A DNA stretch of 64,000 nt, taken from the IMG/VR virus record IMGVR_UViG_3300038722_000002, positions 19,540-83,539 of that record, one strand, 5' to 3'. Below the pieces are notes generated by a model. The model was not told where the DNA came from. It saw nothing but the letters and a program-made list of their open reading frames with translations, and ran no database searches. This DNA is from a virus. How positions within the stretch are numbered: the stretch's first letter is position 1; the number at the start of each line of letters is the position of its first letter. A program made the translations under genes and the position numbers. This document shows positions 37,962 to 46,703 of this stretch, in pieces.

Positions 37962-38276
37962 TTATTTTGATAAATAACCTACATAATCAGAATTACACAC
38001 CCACACGCGCCCCACTTCAAGCATACCACTTGCGCCTTCTTCTTTATAAGTAGCAACTTGAACCTTATCCTTCTTATCAGGCCATTTAATAACCACACCC
38101 TTAGTTTTCCAACCAAACTGTTGATTAATGGTTATATGGCGGTCTAGGCAATATTGGGCTACTGCTTTATATATCTTGCTTTCGAGTTTACGCGTAAAAT
38201 TGCCCTTATAAGGCGTATAAATACGATTTTCGCCTACTATACTAACATATGCTTTATCTATAACTTGATTGTACAT
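37962..38276 (-). CDS. Hypothetical early protein
   Basis: ORF preceded by TTTACA-N17-TATTAT embedded in the hairpin at 38336-38363. Confidence 0.7.
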   Translation of the reverse strand: MYNQVIDKAYVSIVGENRIYTPYKGNFTRKLESKIYKAVAQYCLDRHITINQQFGWKTKGVVIKWPDKKDKVQVATYKEEGASGMLEVGRVWVCNSDYVGYLSK

Positions 38277-38374
38277 AATAACACTCTATTGTTGGCTTGT
38301 GCGTCTTTGCTAAGCCGATGAATAGATAATATAGAAGGGCTTTACTATTGTAAAGCCCTTTTTGTAATTATTTA

Positions 38375-38944
38375 TCAATAATCTTCTAACAGCTCGCTGA
38401 TAGTGTCTAGTTGCTGTCGTGTGAACACCTTATTTAGTTTGCTGGCATTGTCACAACAAGCCTGATACAGTCTAAAGTCTTTCATGCTGTCGTTATCATA
38501 ACCAAAATTATCACACCAATCGTTGAAGCTCTCGCTTGCTGCTTGCGAATCTAACACTAGACAATAAAGTACACTCGCAGGTGTGGGAGTTACGGCGTGA
38601 ACTGATTTGGAAAAGCCGCCGCCTTTTGGGTAATAACTCTCCCCTGTTGAGTGTAAAAGTTTCCCCGCGATGCCTGTTTTAATATAAGCCTTTGCAAGGC
38701 TTCGCGAGGCATTGACCACTCTATTCCCTATGCCTGTTTTATATTCAAATTGTGAACACTCTCCAGCTTTACTAATAAAGCCAATAGACCATTTATCGCA
38801 CTCCCAGTCTGTTTTCACTTGTGGCTTGTGAATTTGGGTGTGTTTAAGGGTGAAATATTGAACGCCGATAGACGCTAGAAAAGCACCTACTTCTATATCT
38901 TGCGGGTATGGTTTGGCTAGTGCTTTAACAGTTTGGTTTAACAT
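38375..38944 (-). CDS. Early phage protein, hypothetical
   Basis: YKTGIG...PTPASVLYCLVLD...FNDWCDNFGYDNDS; promoter TTGACA-N16-TAAAAT at 39005-38978. Confidence 0.8.
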   Translation of the reverse strand: MLNQTVKALAKPYPQDIEVGAFLASIGVQYFTLKHTQIHKPQVKTDWECDKWSIGFISKAGECSQFEYKTGIGNRVVNASRSLAKAYIKTGIAGKLLHSTGESYYPKGGGFSKSVHAVTPTPASVLYCLVLDSQAASESFNDWCDNFGYDNDSMKDFRLYQACCDNASKLNKVFTRQQLDTISELLEDY

Positions 38945-39012
38945 GGCTTTTTACCTTATTTGTTTAGTGTGTGGGCTATTTTACAGTGTTCTGGTTTAGT
39001 GTCAAAGGTTAT

Positions 39013-39291
39013 TTAGACTATTTCACCAATAATACGCGCATAGGAGTGAATGCAGAAATAGGCACTACTAGCAAGGCTATGCTTTACAGGTTTACGGCGT
39101 TGTAGTTCGTAACACTCGACAATAGTACCACAAGAACGGCGAACACGGACAGATGCCGCCGGAACGTAGTAATTCGCCATAGTGTCCCCAAAGAACTTCA
39201 TGCTTTTACGATCAAAAAAGAAACTGTCGGCGTTACATGCTTCATGGCGGGATTTTAAAACAGATGCGGTGATACGTTCAACTTTTGGCAT
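39013..39291 (-). CDS. Early phage protein, hypothetical
   Basis: FFDRKSMKFFGD motif, recalled from small phage early proteins. Confidence 0.75.
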   Translation of the reverse strand: MPKVERITASVLKSRHEACNADSFFFDRKSMKFFGDTMANYYVPAASVRVRRSCGTIVECYELQRRKPVKHSLASSAYFCIHSYARIIGEIV

Positions 39292-39367
39292 GGTCTTTGC
39301 TCTTTAATTATAAGGCCGCATTATTGCCGCCTTTCAATAGTTGCTATATTACAGGGTTTAGAAGTTA

Positions 39368-39592
39368 TTACAAGGCTTTTTTCCACTTTGCGCCAACTTT
39401 CTTGGCTAATTCTTGTACATGATACCCGCAATTATAGCGAATACTTACATTATCCAAACCGTTTCGCGTCGCGTAGTTCTTGGCACCTCGCTCTGTTTTG
39501 CTTGTGTCGTAGTGTGTGCCGTTGATAATTGAGCCGTAAGCGTGGTGAGTCATAATTTTATTACTCTTTGAAGTTTTAGTAGGTTTAAACAC
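39368..39592 (-). CDS. Hypothetical early protein
   Basis: DTSKTERGAKNYATRNG motif. Confidence 0.65.
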   Translation of the reverse strand: MFKPTKTSKSNKIMTHHAYGSIINGTHYDTSKTERGAKNYATRNGLDNVSIRYNCGYHVQELAKKVGAKWKKAL

Positions 39593-39658
39593 TATAATCG
39601 AAAACTTTTATATGATCAATACTAAATTGTTATATAAAAGTTTTCTGTTATAACTATT

Positions 39659-39919
39659 TTATAAGGTGCTTTCAAGGTAGCTTTCAAAAGCCATATACTT
39701 CTCAGCTAGTCGAGCATGGTGGTAATAGGCGGCTGTGTCGTGGCTTTGTTCCAGCGCCTCTGCTTTACATTCCTCGCTAGTACGTAGCGCCCACAGTAGA
39801 GATGCCTCAAAAGCTGCACCGCCTATATGTAGCAACTTCTTTTGGTCGCTAGTATAGCCTGCGCGTATCTCTTCAAGATCTTTAAAGAAGGTTTCATTGT
39901 CTACCTGTGAATAACTCAT
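39659..39919 (-). CDS. Hypothetical early protein
   Basis: Track ORF 39659..39937; likely start MSYSQ coupled to the upstream stop. Confidence 0.65.
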   Translation of the reverse strand: MSYSQVDNETFFKDLEEIRAGYTSDQKKLLHIGGAAFEASLLWALRTSEECKAEALEQSHDTAAYYHHARLAEKYMAFESYLESTL

Positions 39920-40026
39920 TATGCCACCGCTTGCCACTGTTTACCGCGTCCGTTTTTGCGATTGTTACGCGCTTGCTTTGCTTGTTTGCGTTGTGCTTTG
40001 TCTAGTCGTTTATTATTGCTTGACAT
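39919..40026 (-). CDS. Small Arg/Lys-rich peptide (35 aa)
   Basis: Manual translation MSSNNKRLDKAQRKQAKQARNNRKNGRGKQWQAVA; AAGGA SD. Confidence 0.6.
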   Translation of the reverse strand: MSSNNKRLDKAQRKQAKQARNNRKNGRGKQWQAVA

Positions 40027-40029
40027 AGT

Positions 40030-40347
40030 TTAAAATTCCTTTTCTGTTAGTTTTTTAGTTAGTTCAATATTACCGTTGTGCAATGTTAGCGTGTATTGTC
40101 CACCAATGTCAACACTTGACACACCCTCTTGTGTCATTTCATGCTTTATTAGGTTTAGTTTGCTAATAATACACGCCGCTTCGACTGGCTCAATACCTAG
40201 TGCCTCAAAATCAGCCTTCAAGGTTAAAGAGGTTATCTCACTAGGCTGGGCTAGTTGCGGTGTTTTCGTTTTGTTGAATAAACCAAACATTTTGTTGTTT
40301 CCTGTTATTTCCATAAGGTGCCCCATTGTAAAAGCAGGGATAATCAA
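40030..40347 (-). CDS. Hypothetical early protein
   Basis: Track ORF; true start probably MFGLFNK (40290). Confidence 0.65.
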   Translation of the reverse strand: MIIPAFTMGHLMEITGNNKMFGLFNKTKTPQLAQPSEITSLTLKADFEALGIEPVEAACIISKLNLIKHEMTQEGVSSVDIGGQYTLTLHNGNIELTKKLTEKEF

Positions 40348-40525
40348 GAGTCAAGAGTTACTTTCAAATAATGTAAATTAATTGTCGTATGTCTTGTTTC
40401 CTTTATATGCTAATAAATATTCAAATAAATGTAAATAACGCTTGCGTTGGTCGGTGGTTGCTGTAAAATACTTAATAGCTGGCGGAAACGACAGGAGACA
40501 ATCACCGCCCCTGCGTGAAATTTAA

Positions 40526-40770
40526 TATAACCATTTGGAATAAGGCATATAACCAAAGTGAATAAGGTTATATCCATTTGGAATATGAGAATCAGCTTCT
40601 CTACAGAAAAATCGAGTTTGAAAATGAAAAAGTGCTCAAGACCAGAAATTTAATTCGAGTTGAGATATGAGATTTCGCTCAAGACCCCCGATTATGATAG
40701 AAAAATCGAGTTTGAAAATGAAAATCGTCGCAAGACCTCGGAATAATCGAGTGGGAATATGAGAATGTTG
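40526..40770 (+). repeat. Composite direct-repeat array
   Basis: Three 21-22-bp units (TATAACCATTTGGAATA-like), then three full and one partial TCGAGT-N19-CAAGACC units. Confidence 0.85.
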
Positions 40771-40921
40771 TCTGGATTTTGGGAAAGGTAGTAGGCTCTC
40801 CACAGGAATGCCTCTGAGACAGCCTGTAAGCAACGAAGGAGAGCTTTTAAGAATGAGGGAGTATGTTAGGGTAGGGTTGCTCTAAACTCCCTTAAAACGG
40901 CTTACAGGGGGGGTTGTTAAG

Positions 40922-41419
40922 CTATGGAGCTTCAGCAGGGAACGTATCAATTGTATTTAATAACCACTCTTTATGTTGCTCCCATAACTCAGCAGCTTTT
41001 TTCCCACCCCTCCATAAGACTCGTTCGAGAGTAATAGTTCTCCAATCTTCTATAGAATGATTCGCACAACCTATTTGGAGATGTGTGTGAGTGTAGGTTA
41101 TATTATATTCTGATGTTATAGATAGGTTTTTGACTTGACGTAAATTACCTACTGTTCCCTCTAAATCACACTTACTCAAGTTACACTCGCTCAAGTTAGA
41201 CCCTCTCAAGTCAGACTTACTTAAATCAGACTCACTTAAATCAGACTTACTGAAGTTACACCCTATCAAGGTAGACTCACTCAAGTTAGACTCGCTCAAA
41301 TCAAGCTCACTCAAATCGTACCCGATTAAAAATAACAGCTCTCCTTCGGGATCACCTTCTAAGTATAGCTTGTGTAATTCTAGTTTCTCTTGTAACTCTT
41401 GTTTAGTGATGGTTTTCAT
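40922..41419 (-). CDS. Pentapeptide-repeat protein
   Basis: SDLSE/SNLSE/CNLSK repeats and a LQIGC..H.IEDW C-terminal domain; probable start MKTITKQ at 41419. Confidence 0.88.
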   Translation of the reverse strand: MKTITKQELQEKLELHKLYLEGDPEGELLFLIGYDLSELDLSESNLSESTLIGCNFSKSDLSESDLSKSDLRGSNLSECNLSKCDLEGTVGNLRQVKNLSITSEYNITYTHTHLQIGCANHSIEDWRTITLERVLWRGGKKAAELWEQHKEWLLNTIDTFPAEAP

Positions 41420-41502
41420 TATCTTAACTATAACCCCTTGTTGTGTGTTATTGTATTGAGTGGTTCCATTATAAGGATATGAAGATAAAGTACAACCTTT
41501 AA

Positions 41503-41691
41503 TCAACGAATACAATGTTCGTGGTGTATGTCTATTAACCTATCAGCGGCTTGACCTCTGGGCCATACATTATACACCTTTCTGGACAAGTTTTTATTCT
41601 GCACTTGTACATTTAACCACCAACGACACTGTTGGTTATACTTCCGCTGTATTCCTAGTGCGTTTTCTCCACACCTTTCAGCCCACTCCAT
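41503..41691 (-). CDS. Hypothetical protein
   Basis: 62-aa ORF with AGGAG SD. Confidence 0.5.
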   Translation of the reverse strand: MEWAERCGENALGIQRKYNQQCRWWLNVQVQNKNLSRKVYNVWPRGQAADRLIDIHHEHCIR

Positions 41692-41815
41692 ATTATCTCC
41701 TACCTATTGATTAATTTGTGTCAGATTATTATATAACCTCACGTTAGTAATATTAGTTCCCGTTAGTTGATTTAATCAAGAGGCCCATTATTTCAGAGCC
41801 TCCCTGTTAAGTCAA

Positions 41816-43993
41816 CTAGATTTGTGAAGCAATCTTAGCTCGAATGTCTCGGAGGGTGGTTTTATTGTACAACTTACCATCCTTGAACACTGTACGAAGC
41901 AAACCTTGCCCTTCTTGCTCAGGTGTCTGCTCCTGATATAGAGTAATAACACCTTCCTCATTATGGTCTACACGCAACAAACCTTTAGCTGACTTCTTAC
42001 CTTGATCAGTCTTAGGGTCTTTACCGAAGTCAATCTGCTCACCTTTGTCGTTCCATGCACAGGTAGCCTTGATAGCTGACCCGTGAGTGTCACGGGTGAC
42101 ATATTGGTAACTGTAGGAGCCGATGCCAAGCACTACGCTAGGAGCAAACCCCTTAGCCATCAAACGGGTGTGGATCTCTTTTTGACGCTCTAGGGTGATA
42201 CTGTCACCGTAGATAGCACCGATATGGGAGTCTAGTAGTTTGTATCCCTCTGAGGTGGTTGTGCCACCGAAGATGTCCCAGAGGGATTCTACTAGACCTT
42301 TGGCTTCTGTAGAGCTAACTTCCTCGTACTCGTTATCATACATAGTATCATAGGTGCCCCCTGAAGACACGTAGTAGAATTTATCATCAGCTTTGTTCAG
42401 GTACAGCCTTTTTCTGCCTCGTATTGTTAAGGTCTGTATGTTATCCACTGTCTCATACTCCAATCCACACAGCACGCTAACAGGGTCTCCAGAATCTGGA
42501 CGAATGACCGTGGTACCGTCACGAGCCATGATATCATCTTTCAATAGTGGTAAACCTTCCTCAACAAACTTCCAGAAGTCATAGCTGTCTGATACATGAG
42601 AAACAATCCCACTTGGAACCTCTGTGAACAACTTCTCCCGTACAAAAGCAACCTCAGCATCAAACTTACTGATGCCCCGCTCCTTCTCTAGTACCGCAAT
42701 GTAGCTTGTTGCGATTGCATGTTCTGTAGCTGGTACACTGCAACCTACCAACTCAGTCTCGCAGTCAGCACCGTAGTATATCTCAGCCAAATCAATAGCT
42801 GGAACAGTATCAGTGCCAGCAAAACCTGCTGCTAGATGACCAAAACCTGACATTGCAGCTGCTTGTGGGCCAAAACAACCTCGCATGGAGAAATCGTGAC
42901 ACATAAACGGGACAGTTGCCTCGTCTAAGCCTGTCTTACGGAAGCTCTCTACAGTTTGCTTCATGTAAGCTGTAGCTGTAGTGGCTGAAGTCTGCATAGG
43001 CCATACATACGTGCTGATGATAGTCTCTAGGAAGCCTACGAGCCAAGGGTATCCGTCTACTGTGTTGGTTACAGTAAAGCACGGTACACCGTAGGGGCAA
43101 AAAGTACCCTCTTCCATAGACTTAATCTCAATTGGAAGATAACCTAAGTCATGTAGCTCCTCAAAATGTTTCACATCGAAGTCACTGCCGAAATAGTTAT
43201 CTAATCGGCGCTTCAAGCTACGGACAGCACCTTCCTTACTCAGGTTAAAGAATGTATTATTCCACTCATTTACCATGTAGTGCATCATCATATACTGCAA
43301 ACCTACGTGGACAACACCGAAGTCCTCTGGGATGTAGGATAGTCGTCCACTCCTAGCAGTGTAATTTTCATATAGGCGCACAATATTGGTGTGCAGGAAC
43401 TTCTTGTGTGCAAATTTGTAACCGTCTGCTTTAGTGATAGCTGACATACTATTCTCCTCATTGGTTTTATCGTATATTCTATTAATATGCCTCAGGAAAC
43501 CTCCCTTGGTCATATCTCTCTTCATGTGGTTACAGGCACCACAGCAAGGTAGACAATTACTATAGGTATACCCTAAGTTGTTGTCAACCCGATCTACTCC
43601 GTTCATCTCTACTTTGAAAATACCCCTAGCTTTCGGTTGGCTTCCACAGTAGTTACAAGAATCTGTTATTAGTGAGATGAACTCTTCATCAGTTAATTGG
43701 TACTCGTACCCCCTACTTTTAGCGGCTTGCTTATAGCTGTTGATCTCTTTATTGTACGCTCGGAGATTTTTGGGTATTCTAGGTACACTCCTTGTGCACT
43801 TGTTGCAACACTTCTTAGGCCGCTGTCTCCGCCTGAGTTGTGAAGTAGTAATATAGCAGGTAACCCCACAACTACACAGGCACTTCCACTTTGGTGTACC
43901 ACCAATTAACTCCCTGTCACTGATCACCTTTAGTTTACCAAACATCTTCCCTGTCAAGGCATCATCCGCTAGGTGTGTTGACCCATTCTTCAT
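41816..43993 (-). CDS. nadV: Nicotinamide phosphoribosyltransferase-like enzyme (Nampt/Namat) with an in-frame N-terminal HNH endonuclease
   Basis: Residues 183-725 carry DGYK.AH, HDFSMRG, SVPATEH, VSDSYD, VIRPDSGDP, IYGDSIT and KSAKG. Residues 1-182 carry CNYCG...GVDRVDNNLGY...NCLPCCGACNHMK. Internal SD plus ATG at 43447. Confidence 0.92.
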   Translation of the reverse strand: MKNGSTHLADDALTGKMFGKLKVISDRELIGGTPKWKCLCSCGVTCYITTSQLRRRQRPKKCCNKCTRSVPRIPKNLRAYNKEINSYKQAAKSRGYEYQLTDEEFISLITDSCNYCGSQPKARGIFKVEMNGVDRVDNNLGYTYSNCLPCCGACNHMKRDMTKGGFLRHINRIYDKTNEENSMSAITKADGYKFAHKKFLHTNIVRLYENYTARSGRLSYIPEDFGVVHVGLQYMMMHYMVNEWNNTFFNLSKEGAVRSLKRRLDNYFGSDFDVKHFEELHDLGYLPIEIKSMEEGTFCPYGVPCFTVTNTVDGYPWLVGFLETIISTYVWPMQTSATTATAYMKQTVESFRKTGLDEATVPFMCHDFSMRGCFGPQAAAMSGFGHLAAGFAGTDTVPAIDLAEIYYGADCETELVGCSVPATEHAIATSYIAVLEKERGISKFDAEVAFVREKLFTEVPSGIVSHVSDSYDFWKFVEEGLPLLKDDIMARDGTTVIRPDSGDPVSVLCGLEYETVDNIQTLTIRGRKRLYLNKADDKFYYVSSGGTYDTMYDNEYEEVSSTEAKGLVESLWDIFGGTTTSEGYKLLDSHIGAIYGDSITLERQKEIHTRLMAKGFAPSVVLGIGSYSYQYVTRDTHGSAIKATCAWNDKGEQIDFGKDPKTDQGKKSAKGLLRVDHNEEGVITLYQEQTPEQEGQGLLRTVFKDGKLYNKTTLRDIRAKIASQI

Positions 43994-44844
43994 AATTCAA
44001 TTATGTTTAGTTGCTTATCCAACTCTTCATCTCGGATTCGAGAGTCAGTAGTGTATATACGTGTGATACCTGCGTCAAGTAGTTCTTTCAGGCCATTTGA
44101 GAAGATGCCGTGTGTGACGTACAGGGTGATCATGCCAGCACCCTTATTCTTTAAGGCTTTAGCTAGTTCAATAAACGTACGCCCTCCAATACAAAGGTCA
44201 TCTGTAATAACACAGTGAGCGCCATTAAGCTCCTCACAGTACACAACAGTCTCTAGGATGGCCCCAGTTGCCGTACAGCGAATCTTATCAGCTCGGATGA
44301 CCTCTGATACCCCAAACTCTTTAGCGAGCTTATACGTGGTCTTAAGTGCCCCTGCGTCTGGTGAGACTAGGGTACATTCAGTGTTACGTAATGTAGTAGC
44401 TAACTCACTGTCCTGTAAGATCATGTGTCGTGGTATATTACTACAGCGGTCGATCAAAGCAGGGAGTACATCACTGTGGCAATCTGCGGTGAACACAACC
44501 GAGTAATCAAGTGAGTTGATCATCTGAGCAAACACCTTACACGCTAAAGTCTCATCAGCCTCACAGATGCGGTCTTGTTGTGCGTAGGGTGCGTAATAAA
44601 TATATAGTTCACTAACTGCGTTGGGCCATTCCTCTTTCAGCCGATGACTAACCTGCATCAACTCCATGATGTCTTCTGCATTGTGCAGTTTTGCGCATAC
44701 TTGATAGTGCTCTGGGAAATCATCAGCAAGCTCTGCGAAGGCGCTGTCTTCCCAACCCCTTATCTTGGCTTGTACCTCACCACCTGCGAAGGTGAAGTAT
44801 TTGGTGAAGAAGGTGTCCCCACGGCTTGTGTTAATCTGTATCAT
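43990..44844 (-). CDS. prs: Ribose-phosphate pyrophosphokinase-like enzyme (Prs/Adps)
   Basis: FAGGE, PYAQQDR, DCHS, VSPDAGA, DDLCIGGRTF and LYVTHGIFS motifs. Confidence 0.92.
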   Translation of the reverse strand: MIQINTSRGDTFFTKYFTFAGGEVQAKIRGWEDSAFAELADDFPEHYQVCAKLHNAEDIMELMQVSHRLKEEWPNAVSELYIYYAPYAQQDRICEADETLACKVFAQMINSLDYSVVFTADCHSDVLPALIDRCSNIPRHMILQDSELATTLRNTECTLVSPDAGALKTTYKLAKEFGVSEVIRADKIRCTATGAILETVVYCEELNGAHCVITDDLCIGGRTFIELAKALKNKGAGMITLYVTHGIFSNGLKELLDAGITRIYTTDSRIRDEELDKQLNIIEL

Positions 44845-44876
44845 CTTTCTTTCCTCTCATTGTATATGCCATCATT

Positions 44877-45167
44877 TCAGTAATACCCACCGAACATCAA
44901 ACTACTATAAGCTTTCATAGTTTCGGGTTTACTAATACAACCTGACTGTAAATAACACCTAAGTTTGTGTATATCTTCTGGTTTCTTACGCCCGTAGTAG
45001 TTTACAAGACTGGAAGCCTTCATACCGCAAGGTTCACATACATAGTGTACACCAAACTTCTTCCACGCACGACTGATCTCTAGTAGTTCTCCCATCCACA
45101 CATACCCTTCATGCCTATTGTCCGCTCCACACCGTTGACAACATGAAGGGATATGTTTAGGAGACAT
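44877..45167 (-). CDS. Hypothetical Zn-binding protein
   Basis: CQRC...CEPC motifs. Confidence 0.6.
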   Translation of the reverse strand: MSPKHIPSCCQRCGADNRHEGYVWMGELLEISRAWKKFGVHYVCEPCGMKASSLVNYYGRKKPEDIHKLRCYLQSGCISKPETMKAYSSLMFGGYY

Positions 45168-45534
45168 CTGGGAATGTGCTCAGTACATCAGGAGATAGCT
45201 TGTTTCTTTCGGCTAATCGTAGTAATTCCCCCTTCCATTCCTCGACCTCAGTAGTGTCGTGGATAATTTGTAACTGAGCCACCAACGTCTCGTGTGTATC
45301 AGGCTGCCCATATCCAGTTACTACTTCTGGATAGGTGCTGTTCTCCATGTCAGAGGTATAATTCTTAATAAAGGGAGCGGCAGCACAACACACACTTCCT
45401 CCGTCATATTGACAATTAAAAGAGTCGTCTTTACTCCGCTCTCCCTGCTCTAGTAAGTGTGTCGCCGCAACATCAAATACTTCCTGTGCTGTCATAGTTT
45501 CTATCTTATCACCATATTCGCCTAGTTTAGCCAT
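45157..45534 (-). CDS. Hypothetical phage protein
   Basis: QEVFD....HLLEQG...CQY...LQIIHD pattern. Confidence 0.7.
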   Translation of the reverse strand: MAKLGEYGDKIETMTAQEVFDVAATHLLEQGERSKDDSFNCQYDGGSVCCAAAPFIKNYTSDMENSTYPEVVTGYGQPDTHETLVAQLQIIHDTTEVEEWKGELLRLAERNKLSPDVLSTFPDVS

Positions 45535-45769
45535 TATTATAACTCTCCTCTATTGATTCCACAGCTTCTATAACACAAGCTCTAACTTTGTCCTGTGTCG
45601 CAATGTCGAGGTCATCATACTCTAATTTAACTGAGTTACGCAACCCCTCCACCCACACATCGAGAATTTTAATATGATCATCTTCCCACAACCATACGAT
45701 GAAGGCTGTGTGTAGTGTCTCACCTATACGTATTAAGTCATCTACATGTAATCCTTGCAAGTCTAACAT
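45527..45769 (-). CDS. Hypothetical protein
   Basis: ORF with GGGAG SD. Confidence 0.65.
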   Translation of the reverse strand: MLDLQGLHVDDLIRIGETLHTAFIVWLWEDDHIKILDVWVEGLRNSVKLEYDDLDIATQDKVRACVIEAVESIEESYNNG

Positions 45770-46027
45770 CTTAGTCTCCCCAGTAACTATAACATTGCCT
45801 ATAATGTGTTACAACCCCTTCACATTGTGTGGTTTGGGCGTAATCAAATATGAACAGGGATATGAAAATACCCGCTAGAACATAAAGTTTCAATTTAGTG
45901 CATTTATCCTTGGACATTAGATAATCCCCACCATAAGAACATTCCCCCTCCGACTAACAATACAAGGAGGATAGCACTGACACATCCGAGGATACTCTCT
46001 AATTCTTCATCTGTTAAGTGAGCCATT

Positions 46028-46330
46028 CTAGGTTCCTGCATGTTCTTCTCCTGATTTAAAGATACCAAGTGATTCTATATCATCAATCAACTCTTTACAA
46101 CCTTTTATTTCACGAGCTACATCTTCCTGCATACGTTTATTCTCGTATAGAAGGATGTCAACTTTATAACAAGCTTTTAATGTCTCAAGTTCTAGTTTGA
46201 CAGCTTCAAGTTCCTTAGTCACTAGCGACTCTATTTTCTTATTGACCTGCTCTAGCTCTGCGCTCAATTTTAAGCATTCATGCCTAAGCGCGTGATTATC
46301 CCAGTTCCTGTAATCAGTCATTCTTTTCAA
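46028..46330 (-). CDS. Hypothetical coiled-coil protein
   Basis: Track ORF with a heptad pattern. Confidence 0.65.
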   Translation of the reverse strand: MKRMTDYRNWDNHALRHECLKLSAELEQVNKKIESLVTKELEAVKLELETLKACYKVDILLYENKRMQEDVAREIKGCKELIDDIESLGIFKSGEEHAGT

Positions 46331-46703
46331 ACCCCAAAGCTATAGCCCGTAATTCGAGCGGAGAAAATTTTCCCTCAACCATCCACTCATCACCATCAAT
46401 CCATTCGCAACTGTTATGGTCGCGAATTTCTGCAATGCTCAACCCGCCTCCCTCTAGCTCTTTGATCCGCTTATTAGCCTTTTCTAGCTGCTCCTTAACT
46501 TCCTCGCACTCAAACCAAGCATTGTTAGACTGATTAACCAGTTCCTGCTGAACTTCAAGTAACTCTGCTATTCTTGCGGCTTGCTTGGTTATGGTATCGT
46601 CCCTGCCCTCCAACACCCTTATCAGACCGCAATATTCATTAGTAGCCTTACACTCTGAGCCGCCATTATTTAACACTAAATTCAAAAGCGATAAATCACT
46701 CAC
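46314..46703 (-). CDS. Hypothetical coiled-coil protein
   Basis: QAARIAELLE...ANKRIKELE; AAGGAG SD. Confidence 0.7.
   Translation of the reverse strand: MSDLSLLNLVLNNGGSECKATNEYCGLIRVLEGRDDTITKQAARIAELLEVQQELVNQSNNAWFECEEVKEQLEKANKRIKELEGGGLSIAEIRDHNSCEWIDGDEWMVEGKFSPLELRAIALGFEKND

Noticed and set aside
40526-40770. Possible CRISPR array
   Set aside because: Repeats are degenerate, the intervening segments are short and unequal (11, 19 and 9 bp), and no cas genes are present.
41170-41325. 15-bp periodic DNA repeats
   Set aside because: Fully explained by the pentapeptide-repeat protein on the minus strand.
43447-43993. Intein in the Nampt-like gene
   Set aside because: The HNH segment is N-terminal rather than internal and lacks intein splice-junction residues.
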